64,000 nucleotides of DNA from Nemertoderma westbladi (Eukaryota > Animalia > Xenacoelomorpha). Position 1 is the first letter of the stretch. Each line of letters starts with the position of its first letter. Positions 25,558 to 36,271 of this stretch are shown piece by piece. The DNA is taken from the NCBI GenBank assembly GCA_032718475.1, contig JAUCBJ010006880.1, positions 1 through 64,000 of the forward strand, read 5' to 3'. The notes beneath the pieces were generated by a model. The model worked only from the letters and a program-made list of their open reading frames with translations. It ran no database searches and was not told where the DNA came from. Position numbers and translations under genes: made by a program.

Positions 25558-26723
25558 TGTTCGCGCTTTCAGACCTTTAGCAGTTTAACCTGCCAAATTG
25601 GGATGTCTTCTAGATAATAGATAGTCTTTAGCCTATGACGAGTATTTGATACACTACATTAGCCGAAGCCAGTCTATGCGCGATCATTCACCCGCTGGAT
25701 ATACCCGCTGGATTCGGAAGCCTAACCGTATTGCGATGTAGGCCTACTGTATTATTCGACTGATCGTAATATATAATCTCTGACAAATATTATTCACTTT
25801 CGGGAAATATTAACAGTTCCTTTAGGACGTGGCGCTCTAAATATGTAAACAGAGTTATGACTTAAACTAGACACAACGGGATGGCTATAGATTCACGTAT
25901 ATGGCGCATTCTTTAGGAGATGCTTTGTTATCAGTTACAATCATACACAATACTGCACAATGCTGCACACCGATCTGCCGACCTTCACTAATTTTAGTCA
26001 CATATAAAGAGAACAACAACCAATACATGTAGTGCCTATGAAATAGCATTAGATTCACTTCAAAACCACTTTAATGTAAGTCGCAATCGTTATATGTAAC
26101 CGCTCTCTCTTACCTTCAGTATATCAAGAAGATTGAGGGTTTGTAATTATTTATCAGTATTCCAAATATAATAATATTCCATCAACAGATATAATGAATA
26201 ACCGACAGTAAATAGCAGTAAATTGTTAAGTTATGAATGGTTAAGTAATGATTGATATGGTTTGGATTGATAACAGATATACGTTCTATAATTAAGCCTA
26301 CTAATGCTGGGCTAAAGACTGAAAACACAGAGAATCCGAAGCCGGTCTTCTAGGCTCAGGACAAAATGTAAACATTGACCCATAATGCATTGCGCGATTT
26401 CTCGGAGGTTTCTGTACAAAAAGCAGGAGAATCGCTCTGATTGGTTGACCGAACAAAGAAACACCAGAGAACAAGGAAAAAGCTACACGTGTACAGCTCA
26501 GCTGTTAGCTGTCGTCATAGTAACTACACTGTTTCAAGAGGATCTAGCGCATTGCGTCATAGAATTGCTAATTATGTCCGCTAAAGTACACATACAGAAG
26601 AAATGGCTTTTTATGTCCACTAAAACACCAGTACAGTAAGGACACGGCCTTTTATGCCTGTTAAACCAACTACAGAGTACTTTGCGGGGAAAATAACTGG
26701 CTAATTCCGCAAAAGCTTTTACA
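25558..26723 (-). repeat. 3' LTR (1166 bp) of the BEL/Pao element
   Basis: Matches 41722-42892 except one 5-bp indel (GGAGA) and the few substitutions I could see; identical 84-aa spurious ORFs at offset 16169. Confidence 0.96.
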
Positions 26724-26731
26724 CCGCTCCC
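26724..26731 (-). promoter_or_regulatory. Polypurine tract (GGGAGCGG) of the LTR element
   Basis: Purine-rich octamer immediately 5' of the 3' LTR on the element's sense strand. Confidence 0.75.
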
Positions 26732-26801
26732 AGAAAATGGGATTTAAGTCTATAAAATATAAAAAATCACAGTTTCTAAAATATAAAAATACTCTAAACA
26801 G

Positions 26802-27248
26802 TTAGTCTTTCTTACGCGCACGGCGTTTACGCAGTTTTTTGAGGCTAGCAAGAGTCCTTTTCTCTTTGGGGCGAGCCACTTTACTAGGAGGGGTGTAACT
26901 CCTGGGTGAAGGGTGCAATACAATTGCATCAGAAGGTTTAGGATTACGATCGGTGTATCCGCTGGTCGAGGTACCTGGTTGATCGATATCAACTTCAGTG
27001 GAGCGAGGTCTAACGGCCTTTAGGGCGCGTCTTAGGACAGCAGCTCCTACGGGTCCTTGACGGGTCGTCTGGACAATGGCGGTGGGTGGACCGTGAGTGG
27101 TGAGAAACTTCCTCAGTTTAATGGTTCTTTCCAGCTCACGTTCTCGGGCTCGATATTCGTAGGGCCATCGAGATACTTCCTGTAACTCAGGGTGCGAGTT
27201 GATAAATAAATCGCCATACTCAGGGTCTTGACGGATGAAATTGATCAA
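26802..27248 (-). CDS. Accessory ORF of the retrotransposon, basic C-terminus; probably the frameshifted continuation of 27245-28573
   Basis: Frame is open from about 27315 and overlaps the end of the 442-aa ORF; ends KKLRKRRARKKD (NLS-like) 78 nt before the 3' LTR. Confidence 0.55.
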   Translation of the reverse strand: MINFIRQDPEYGDLFINSHPELQEVSRWPYEYRARERELERTIKLRKFLTTHGPPTAIVQTTRQGPVGAAVLRRALKAVRPRSTEVDIDQPGTSTSGYTDRNPKPSDAIVLHPSPRSYTPPSKVARPKEKRTLASLKKLRKRRARKKD

Positions 27249-28573
27249 ATGGTATGAAGTAATATCGTTAGGATTGACGTTCCTGAGATATTTTCGAACA
27301 AATTTGGTGGAAACTCACCAACACGCTTCATTAGTTCGTAACTCGGTGTGCGTGTTTTTTGTTCAACAGACGCGAATAAATAAGGATGGAACGCGTAAAC
27401 TCCCTTGTAAGAGCGTCCAGGGTAATAGCGATGGCGGGACTCACAATGTAAATCTGCGTTTGCTTCCCAAGCTCGGATGTAGCGCAGGGTAATCATCTCA
27501 TCTACGCTTTCTAAATCGCGGTTAAAGGGGCAATTATAACTGGCATGTCCTTTAAGTTGACAGTGGTGGCATTGAGTCATAAATTGGGGGCAGACTGCAA
27601 AAATGTGCGAGTTATTAAGTCTGCAATACGCACAATAGATCTCCATCATCGGTTGTTCGTGGAAATAGGAGCAGGGTACGTCTGAGTCCATAGGGGTGAA
27701 ATGGTCTCTCGATGCGCATAATCGACAACGTTTTCGAGAAACATAGTTGGCGTGTCGATAATCGTATGCTGTGAGACATTGTGGACCTTGATACCACTCC
27801 AAGACGTAATCATTATCGCTGCTCCGGGGCGCTGTAGGCTGATTCGCTTCAGATTCTAAGCATATTGGTTCGTCTTCCAATTGCATAGCTGAGGTAGGTG
27901 CGGCTGTATCCGCAAGCGGACCCACTGTCTGAACTTCCACGACAGAATAACCCGTGGGTATTCGGGGTCTTTGTATAACAGATGAATGTAAGTTCTGTAT
28001 ACAAACATCCTGGAAAAGGGCAAATCCCGCGCTGTTTAGCTTCTCCGCAGCTGAGTCTCTTAGGCTGAGTTTTGTCAGAGCGCAGTCCTTGAACTGACTA
28101 TCAACGTTACGGAACGTAGTCAGAAAGCGCCTGAAACATTCGAAGCGGATGAATTTATTGTGTTCATCTAACTTGGCGAGTTTGGTTCCAAGTATTAAGG
28201 GATGGGCGCGTATGGTACGACTGCACACATCGGCTAGCCAACCGGCAAGTGCTGCGTTTTCAAAGATCGTGTATATAGCTAAGGAGGGACGAAGTGGAAC
28301 ACTCATAAAGCTATACACGGCGCCAGGTGCGGTCAATGGTCCATCAAAGTATAAACGAGAATAATGATCTCCATATACTTGTTGGTAATTGATAGGATTT
28401 CCAACCTTGAAATTCCATCCGTATTCTTGAAAGGCAAGATGTCCGATGGAGGTTCGTTGTACTTTAGTAATGCCGCTGGGTGTATTGGCATACATAGTGC
28501 GGAAGAAACCTCGGCCTTCTGCCCAGGGAGCAATCAGCTGAGTATCAACGAAAGGGTATGGAATGTTCTCCAT
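27245..28573 (-). CDS. Accessory 442-aa ORF with three CCHC-type zinc-finger motifs, function unknown (not env-like)
   Basis: Long ATG-started non-repetitive ORF inside the element; CRLC-x4-H-x9-C, CAYC-x5-H-x4-C, CHHC-x4-H-x4-C; no obvious signal peptide or transmembrane segment. Confidence 0.72.
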   Translation of the reverse strand: MENIPYPFVDTQLIAPWAEGRGFFRTMYANTPSGITKVQRTSIGHLAFQEYGWNFKVGNPINYQQVYGDHYSRLYFDGPLTAPGAVYSFMSVPLRPSLAIYTIFENAALAGWLADVCSRTIRAHPLILGTKLAKLDEHNKFIRFECFRRFLTTFRNVDSQFKDCALTKLSLRDSAAEKLNSAGFALFQDVCIQNLHSSVIQRPRIPTGYSVVEVQTVGPLADTAAPTSAMQLEDEPICLESEANQPTAPRSSDNDYVLEWYQGPQCLTAYDYRHANYVSRKRCRLCASRDHFTPMDSDVPCSYFHEQPMMEIYCAYCRLNNSHIFAVCPQFMTQCHHCQLKGHASYNCPFNRDLESVDEMITLRYIRAWEANADLHCESRHRYYPGRSYKGVYAFHPYLFASVEQKTRTPSYELMKRVGEFPPNLFENISGTSILTILLHTI

Positions 28574-29369
28574 ATTCCCGTCGTATGCCTAATATGTCTT
28601 CCATTGATGGTAGTGGTAGAGAGCAGGGGAAGACCTATGTCGTATTCAGAAATATTCAGAAATACGATCTCAGTTCTCAGTAGGAGGATTCAAACTTTCG
28701 AAGACTATCTCTAAATGAATTTATCCCCAGTGATTAGGGGGTGAACAACCAGATTTATGACACATAATGGTACCAGTTGTTCACAAACTATCTGCGTGTC
28801 CTTTCAGTCCTTGTATCACGGTTGTGGACTTAAGGAAATCATTGATGGTTGACTTTCTAATCCACAACGAGAGGGTGGAAGTTGATATCATAAATATCAA
28901 CAGAGTGTGACATGGACAGGAGGTGCGGACACCAATATGAGCATCCAGATTAATAGTAAAGGATGGGAGGTTTATTAAGAGGCGGTATGATCAATACCAC
29001 GATACAGCAATGATCGGTCGATCGTCTCCCAAAGCTCCGAGCGCGTTGGGAAGAGAAGGTGGGACGAAGTATGTTGTATTTTCAATAGCGATGTATAGAG
29101 GGATAAGAGGAGTAAAGTGGAGGGAGGAGATATGGTAGTATCCATAAGATACCACAATGGACATGTTTTCCATCACGTCATCATTCATTCTTGCCTTTTA
29201 ATTGTGACACTGATCACAATAATTACAGGAAAACGATGAAGGAAGAGAAAATTACAGCCTCCCGAAGGAGACCGCCCGTGAGCACCCGTGCCCCGGGGAA
29301 AACTATTCACATTATGGACCCTGGACATTAACCCATGTCTCTTCTCCAGTGGTTCTCCTCTATTTGTCT

Positions 29370-29768
29370 TTACAAGCCTTCTTCCACGTTATATCTTTCG
29401 AGTTGATTTCGAATAGAATTCCCGTGTTCCATTCTCGGTTCATCGTGCCGACTCCGCTGGGTATGATATTTAAATAAAACCATTTCCCTTTCGGTGTCTA
29501 CATCGTCCGTATCGTGTAAATCGATAGGATGGCCAGTAGTTAAGAAGTCCATATACATACCATTACGATGCGTATAGCGAGCGGTGAACTTTCTATAATC
29601 CAATTCACGCGTAAGTTGCTCCGGGGACATTGGCGGTTCGATATAACAACCATCATCCTCCGTAGTAGTTGGACCAGCGTCGCCGCGTATCAAGTTATTG
29701 ACAAACGCTTGTAAAGGTAGAGTATATCGCTCCCTGATACCAAGATCATCTTCTATCAACTCAGTCAT
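29370..29768 (-). CDS. Small acidic accessory ORF (132 aa), unknown
   Basis: ATG-started, same strand as pol, protein-like composition; preceded by a possible CAG acceptor; no recognisable family. Confidence 0.45.
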   Translation of the reverse strand: MTELIEDDLGIRERYTLPLQAFVNNLIRGDAGPTTTEDDGCYIEPPMSPEQLTRELDYRKFTARYTHRNGMYMDFLTTGHPIDLHDTDDVDTEREMVLFKYHTQRSRHDEPRMEHGNSIRNQLERYNVEEGL

Positions 29769-30585
29769 ATCTGCTATATGAGTTTATCAATATTATAATG
29801 AGTTTATATATTAGGCTAGCGGGCGTCGCTGCCTACCCCTCTTTTGCCCCCGGACAGTGCAAGATCCTCAGCGCCGATGTACCGTCATCGCTGTGCTTTC
29901 GCCAACGATGTAGCTACACAACGACAACGATAACTGGCACAAGTCACTCCACTGTTCGTCCCAAAGGCTTAGATGTACTTCAGGTTCTTTCTGGAGAGTT
30001 AGGGCTACTTTCACAATTGCGACTCGCTACTGTAAACACACTTTAGTAGTAACATTCACCTACAAACACACAAACTCCCCCAAACTGTCACAAATCGCAC
30101 ACATTCGGGCCATTTGTCCGTTAGTCAGTGCCTTCCAGAATGCCACGTTATTATTGGGTATCCTGGGATACTATCAGTGTGCTATTTATTCCTTATGCTA
30201 TTCAATGGGCAAGCTTTATTGTTCTTTTAACTCACTTCTAATGCTAGCGTGGTTGTTGCCATGATGACATCATGGAAAGCTAGCGGTAGAATTAGGGTAA
30301 TTCTCATGCATACAGATCTGGGATGCTATTTAATAGTAATTCTTTAATGGTCAATATCCTCTTTATACATGACTTTATGAATTTTATCGGCTATTGACTA
30401 CATATTGGAGATTCTCGCACACTAATATACTTAATAGGGTGAATCTCCGCTCCCATGATCTATTAATTTATGGAATTTTGGGAATGTTATAAATTGTATA
30501 AAAATGACAATTTATCAAATTCATTAAAATATGAATTTAAATTTATTCCCGTAAATTTTATTATTTAATATTGAATAGACACAAT

Positions 30586-30850
30586 TTTATTCCAGAACAT
30601 GTCTGGGGACTAGGATCCTTGATTCTAGGAAATTGGTCTTTTTAAGAATATCGGTAAGTGCTACGATATCTTAATAGACTAGAATTTTAAAGGATCTAAA
30701 ATTTGACAGATTTTGTAAATATTAATAATTAATATTTAGGATGGGCACCAGTTTATTCCAGAACTTGTCTGGGGACGTTAACCACTGATTCTAGAATTTT
30801 GTCTTTCAAGTATATCGGTGGGTGCCGCGATATCTTAATCGACTAGAATT
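30586..30850. repeat. Two diverged direct repeats (period about 166 bp) in the post-pol spacer
   Basis: TTTATTCCAGAAC(A/T)TGTCTGGGGAC...TGATTCTAG...TATCGGT...GATATCTTAAT.GACTAGAATT occurs at about 30586 and about 30752. Confidence 0.7.
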
Positions 30851-31399
30851 GCAGATGGTCAAAGGGTTTAACAGATTTATTTGCGTTGTACGCTACTGTT
30901 AAAGGGACATCACGCTACTATATGTATTATTTAATATACGGTATGAGAGCAATATCGCACGAAGCAATGTCAGTGAGAAGAGGCAAGTCGTTTCCAAGGT
31001 CTACCCAGAGCTTGGTTTAGCCGAGTCACGACGATCTGAATTTTGCATTCCTAATACTCTACTTTACCAATAATACTTGAATATTGTAGGAGCTTTATTG
31101 TACTTTAATAAGTACGGATATTTCATCTTACTGTAGTTACGTATTTGTAATATAATACGGACAGTAAGGAAAGAGAAAAATAATTATTTCTCGCCGTCGC
31201 ACTAAATATATAATATATAAGTAATTAAATAATAAACGCAAATATATATTGCACTAATCTACTAAATAATCGCTAAAATAACATTCTACTAAATAAAATT
31301 AAAGAAAACGATTATAATAAAATTACATAATAATACATACATAAATATAAAATAATAAGAATATAAAATAATATGGTCACACACCCACTCCAGACGCTG

Positions 31400-34300
31400 C
31401 TAAGCTGGGGAGTCCCTAGATGTTTGTTGGATTAGGGAGGTGGTCGTGGGAAGAGTATCTTGTCTTCCATAGTTTCCGGAGAGTTCTCTGTCTCTTTCCA
31501 GTAAACATAAACGACCAACTGGGCGATTGAGCTGCTGTGTCTCGAAGACAATTCCCGGTTTCTTGAAGTTACGTCGCATGACGACGAGTTCTACCGATCG
31601 CACCAAACCGTCATCCGAGATGTGAGTCTCGATGATACGACCTGTCTGCCACCGCTTACGTGGAAGATCTGCATCCACAATAAGGACCATGTCTCCAGCG
31701 CTGACGTTTTCTTGCTGCGCAAACCACTTTGTTCGAAGTTGTAGCGTGGGCAGATAGTGTTTTTCGAAATGGTCAGCGAAACGACGGGATAACAACTGCA
31801 TGAGTTGCCAAGTTTGCCGGCAGTATTCGTCTCCGTCTGTGATTTCCGATTGTGGGAGCATGGCTACAGGTTTCTTCAGTAGGAAGTGCGCGGGTGTTAG
31901 CGCTTCCAGGGAATCGGGACTCGATGAGACTGGCATAAGCGGTCTCTCGTTGAGATAGGCGGCGATTTCCTCCATTAACGTCCGCAAAAGTTCGTCGGTG
32001 AGATACGCGCGGCACGGCACTATAAAGTGAAACGCGGTCTTCACACTTCTTATTAATCTCTCCCAACTTCCTCCCCACCAAGGGGCGTCGGCGGCGTTGA
32101 AGGTCCAGCTAGACGCTGTTACTCGTAGCTGATCGTCCACCTGTCTTTGGTTCCAATCTTTGACGTAAGCTTTGATTTCATTGTTGGCACCAATGAAGTT
32201 TGTTCCCTTATCAGATCTCATCGTGTTACTAGTTCCAAAGCGAGCGATCTGTCGTCGTAAGCTTAATAGGAAGCTGTTGGTAGATAAATCGTTCACCATA
32301 TCGAGATGGATAGCTCTACAAGTCATACAAACAAAGATGACACACCATCTCTTGACTATAGTCCTAGCACGATATACTTCAATAGGGCCAAATAAATCTA
32401 CACCGGTATTAGTAAAGGGTGGTTCATAGAAGCTTACTCGTTCCCTAGGTAATTCTGCCTCTCGCTGTGTTAAAGGCCTACTGAATGCTTTCCTACAGGG
32501 TATGCAGTTCCTAAGAACTTGGTTCAGAGCTCTACGGGGTTTATAAAAATAATAGCGAGTTCGAATTTCGCTAAGAACTCGTTCTCTACCAGCATGATAA
32601 AGTTTGCTGTGAACATCTACAATCATCTTGACTTGTATCTCAAGATTTCTAATGAGTATGGGAAACTTAGTGTCAAAGGATAATGGAGCATTCGTTAATC
32701 TTCCTCCAACACGTATCAACCCATCTATCATTGTGCTAGAGAAACGATCCCTTAAGTGCATCTGTGGATTTCTCAACAACAGGAAATACTTATCGGAATC
32801 CTCATAGCATTGCAGGAGTCTCAGCATCTGCTTGTTGGTTTCTTCATGCTCCTGATAACTGATCTTCTCCTTCAGAAACCTGTCGGATATCTTATATTTG
32901 GGAAGATCTTTAACAACATGGACCTGCACCGATGTTAGTGGAGCGGTATCACCTTTGGTCTTCATCCCGGAGTAGTGATGGTGAAAACATCTTTTTAAAT
33001 ATGTAACGGCCTTACAGAGCCGATTCCAGGAACTGTAGTGATGTATCGCTCTCTGCAGGAGAGGTGAGAGTCCTTGCGAGACGTCTGGTATTCCAGATTT
33101 CCAATCCTTCTCACGGATTTCCACAACAAACTTATTTGTGGCTGTGGGTTTCTGATCCAAAGCGTCGTCTCCGGAAGTATGTAGTACAGACAGATCTACC
33201 ATAGGTTTAAATAACTTCGATTTACTCGCCCGAGTTTTAGGTTTGACTTTCTCCGCTCCCTTGGCCTGTCTAATCTCTGCTGTAGTAAGATGAGGAGGCC
33301 ATTCTTCTTCTTCTTTGTAGAGGAAGTCGGGTCCACCTAACCAGTCTGGAGTATCTACCAGTTCTTGTGGAGTTGCTCCCCTGGAGGCGATGTCTGCTGG
33401 ATTGATCGTTCCGGGGCAATGTCTCCATTGATCCATCTTCGTGCGACTAAGTATAATGGCTACTCTGTTGGTAACGAAGACGCTGAACTGACAGACTTCA
33501 TTGGTTATATACTCCAACACGAGTAAAGCGTCGGTCCAATAGACAGTTTTCTCCAATGGATAATCGATCTGTTCCGTTACATTCCGGCCGATGGCTGTAG
33601 CGTATAGAGCCGCTTTTAACTCCGCTCGAGGAACTTTCAACTTGTTGTTTATCAATGCCTTAGAGGTAACCAAGGCGACTTTGATTCCATCCGGAGTTTC
33701 CACTCTTAGGTAGGCTACTATACCTATTCCCATATCGCTGGCGTCTCCAAACACATGGAGTTGATAGGAATACGTAGGGAGAACATGACCAAAATATGAA
33801 CGGGAAATTATAAAGTTCTCGATGGCTGGTAGAGAATCTTCCCATTTCATCCACTTCTTTAATAATTCTCCCTTAAGTGGATCGTCCCATGAGTGGTTTT
33901 CAAGCCACATTTGTTGTACTAAACTCCGAGCAATCAATATAACTGGGCTAATAAATCCCAATGGATCGAAATAAGTGCTCAGGATACTTAAACAAATCCG
34001 TTTAGTCCGAACTGGATTATCTCGCTGTTTTAGCTGGAAAAACAGGATATCTCTCTCTGTGTCCCATTTCAAACCAAGTGTCTTGGTTTCTGGAAGATCA
34101 TCTTTGATTAGATCTAGGTCTTTCGCTCCTCGATCTTCTACCGGGATCGACTCCAGAAACTCACGGGAGTTGCTGGTGAATTTAGTTAATCGAAATCCAC
34201 CTCTTTTTAAGCACTCTACCGTTCCTTTTGCGACATCAATGGCTTCTTCGACTGATGGAAGGGACTTTAGGTTGTCGTCCATGTATATATCCCGTTTGAT

Positions 34301-36271
34301 GTTGTCAATCACCTCTTTAGAGAAGGCTTCTCGGTTGTCATCCGCAGTGGTGCGCACCACTGAACAGGCGTTTGAAGGGCTTGAGATTATCCCAAAAGCC
34401 TGGATGGTCATCCAGTACTCCACCGGTTTCTGGTTGAGGTCTCCTTCAGGCCACCACAGAAATCGTAGGCTATCTCGATCCCTATCCAGCGCCTTGACTT
34501 GTAAGAACATGCCTTCTATATCTGAGGCGAAAGCGATTGAATATTGTCTTAATCTTAAGAGTATTCCCAACAAGGATTGGAGTAAGTTGGGTCCGGGTAA
34601 CAATTCGGAATTAAGGGATTGGCCCATATAGAGGGCGGAGCCGTCAAACACTACTCGTACCTCATGGGGTTTACCGGGTTTGGGAACGTAATGGTGAGTT
34701 AAATAATACGTTCTCTCAGTTATAGGTGTTTCTTCCGGTACTCGCTCCGCATATCCCTTGCTAATAAATTTCTTCAACTGCGTTTGATACATTTCTTTAG
34801 CTGAAGAATTTGCCGTAAGGCGTCGATGTAGTTGAGCAATTCTTTTCTCCGCCAAGGGTCTGTTGTTTATGAACTTTGGTTCTCGCTTTCGGACAGGTAG
34901 ACCGATCTCATATCTACCTTGATCTTTAAGAAAACGTGTAGTTGTCTCTTGGATCTGCTTGGCTCTTTCTTCCTCTACCGATAGGGCCTTATCGTAGGAA
35001 TTGGGCTCTACAGCCTCTTGAGTAAAGAATCTTACGGCGTGTTCATCCCGAGTCTTGGTATTATAACGTTCAATGACGTCATTAAGTTCGTCGTTATAGT
35101 CGTCTCGTTCTGATGGACGAAGGAGCTGACATAAGTTCACTTGGTTTTGCCAAGTCTCGTTTTCCTTAAGGAGATCAATGGTATTCTCCTCGTCGAAGAG
35201 TTGGTGGACATCGTCATTATCTGAGGAGTATGGTGTTCCCTCAGTTGGATCGTCTAACTCACTGCTCTCAACTTCCCATTCTCTTACTTGATATACCTGA
35301 TCTTTCGGTAATCTTTCCATGAGAGTTCTACGGGAAGGGCCAGTAAAGTACCAACCCACTCTAGTTCTTCCCGCATAAGCTTGTAGTGGTTGGGGTTGAG
35401 CAGGCCGTTTCTCCAATGTCTCGAGTGCTTCATGCGCATTTTGACCGATAAGTATTTGCATTCCAGGGTAATCGGTGTTGAATCTAGGTATTTCGAGCTG
35501 CTGGGTGAAATCGTCCTCATCCCAGTTATAAGGTTCCACTTGGCTGGTAGCGAAGTTCTTTATCGCCACCATTTTTACTGACCTTATACTATGTTCTCCT
35601 AGTTCATCCTGGGGGGTGGACAACGCACCTACATAATAATCCGCGATTACTGTAGATTTCCAAACCTGCATAATTCCTGACATGTTTAGCTTAGTTCGGA
35701 ACTTGGGTTGTCCAGCAAAGATGTCTTCGGCTAGTTCTTTGTCGATGAATGTTCCTGTGCTACCGGAGTCAAGGAGGGCGTTCACTATATAACTCCTTTT
35801 AGGTCCCTGGACCCTTAACTGTACTACAGGAAATTCTCGGATTCCTACATTGGAAGTTGGCGCTTTCCAAGATGGTTGTCGATCAGAAGTAGCTAGGGTG
35901 AGGTCGCTGTCTGTGTCTTTTTCATACGTAAGTGCTCGATACACTGCGGTATTTATCATGTAACAGGATTCATCTTCGTCGGAGAATTCATTCGTATAGA
36001 ATCCTTCCATCTCAGAACTTTGGTCAGTGTCGTTCACATCACTGAATTGGACATGTAGTTCGGAATCACTTACCTGACTCGGACTGTTTCGTTCGAATTC
36101 AGTGTGCAACAAAATATGATGTTTCGCACCGCACTTTGCACACCTTGTGTCGGAGTAACAGGTTCGCCGTTGGTGTCCTTGTCTGAGGCAATTATAACAC
36201 AACCGCTTATCCCACATGACTTCCCGTCTCTCTGTTAATGATTTCTTCAGGAATTCATCACACATATTCAA
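31400..36271 (-). CDS. BEL/Pao polyprotein, main part: gag zinc knuckles, aspartic protease, RT, RNase H, integrase (1623 aa)
   Basis: CYNCLRQGHQRRTC..CAKCGAKHHILLH; ALLDSGSTGTFI; RVVFDGSA..SLNSELLPGP; DIEGMFLQV; YMDD; LHVFGDAS; VPRAELKAA; NPADIASRG; HxxxxH..CIPC; GVDLFGP, SDKGTNF, GGSWERLIRSVK. Confidence 0.96.
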   Translation of the reverse strand: MNMCDEFLKKSLTERREVMWDKRLCYNCLRQGHQRRTCYSDTRCAKCGAKHHILLHTEFERNSPSQVSDSELHVQFSDVNDTDQSSEMEGFYTNEFSDEDESCYMINTAVYRALTYEKDTDSDLTLATSDRQPSWKAPTSNVGIREFPVVQLRVQGPKRSYIVNALLDSGSTGTFIDKELAEDIFAGQPKFRTKLNMSGIMQVWKSTVIADYYVGALSTPQDELGEHSIRSVKMVAIKNFATSQVEPYNWDEDDFTQQLEIPRFNTDYPGMQILIGQNAHEALETLEKRPAQPQPLQAYAGRTRVGWYFTGPSRRTLMERLPKDQVYQVREWEVESSELDDPTEGTPYSSDNDDVHQLFDEENTIDLLKENETWQNQVNLCQLLRPSERDDYNDELNDVIERYNTKTRDEHAVRFFTQEAVEPNSYDKALSVEEERAKQIQETTTRFLKDQGRYEIGLPVRKREPKFINNRPLAEKRIAQLHRRLTANSSAKEMYQTQLKKFISKGYAERVPEETPITERTYYLTHHYVPKPGKPHEVRVVFDGSALYMGQSLNSELLPGPNLLQSLLGILLRLRQYSIAFASDIEGMFLQVKALDRDRDSLRFLWWPEGDLNQKPVEYWMTIQAFGIISSPSNACSVVRTTADDNREAFSKEVIDNIKRDIYMDDNLKSLPSVEEAIDVAKGTVECLKRGGFRLTKFTSNSREFLESIPVEDRGAKDLDLIKDDLPETKTLGLKWDTERDILFFQLKQRDNPVRTKRICLSILSTYFDPLGFISPVILIARSLVQQMWLENHSWDDPLKGELLKKWMKWEDSLPAIENFIISRSYFGHVLPTYSYQLHVFGDASDMGIGIVAYLRVETPDGIKVALVTSKALINNKLKVPRAELKAALYATAIGRNVTEQIDYPLEKTVYWTDALLVLEYITNEVCQFSVFVTNRVAIILSRTKMDQWRHCPGTINPADIASRGATPQELVDTPDWLGGPDFLYKEEEEWPPHLTTAEIRQAKGAEKVKPKTRASKSKLFKPMVDLSVLHTSGDDALDQKPTATNKFVVEIREKDWKSGIPDVSQGLSPLLQRAIHHYSSWNRLCKAVTYLKRCFHHHYSGMKTKGDTAPLTSVQVHVVKDLPKYKISDRFLKEKISYQEHEETNKQMLRLLQCYEDSDKYFLLLRNPQMHLRDRFSSTMIDGLIRVGGRLTNAPLSFDTKFPILIRNLEIQVKMIVDVHSKLYHAGRERVLSEIRTRYYFYKPRRALNQVLRNCIPCRKAFSRPLTQREAELPRERVSFYEPPFTNTGVDLFGPIEVYRARTIVKRWCVIFVCMTCRAIHLDMVNDLSTNSFLLSLRRQIARFGTSNTMRSDKGTNFIGANNEIKAYVKDWNQRQVDDQLRVTASSWTFNAADAPWWGGSWERLIRSVKTAFHFIVPCRAYLTDELLRTLMEEIAAYLNERPLMPVSSSPDSLEALTPAHFLLKKPVAMLPQSEITDGDEYCRQTWQLMQLLSRRFADHFEKHYLPTLQLRTKWFAQQENVSAGDMVLIVDADLPRKRWQTGRIIETHISDDGLVRSVELVVMRRNFKKPGIVFETQQLNRPVGRLCLLERDRELSGNYGRQDTLPTTTSLIQQTSRDSPA

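Noticed and set aside
26385-26639. 84-aa ORF duplicated at 42554-42808
   Set aside because: Antisense within the LTRs; duplication reflects LTR identity only.
27245-28573. env gene call
   Set aside because: No signal peptide, clear transmembrane anchor or fusion-protein pattern; Cys/His arranged as CCHC fingers.
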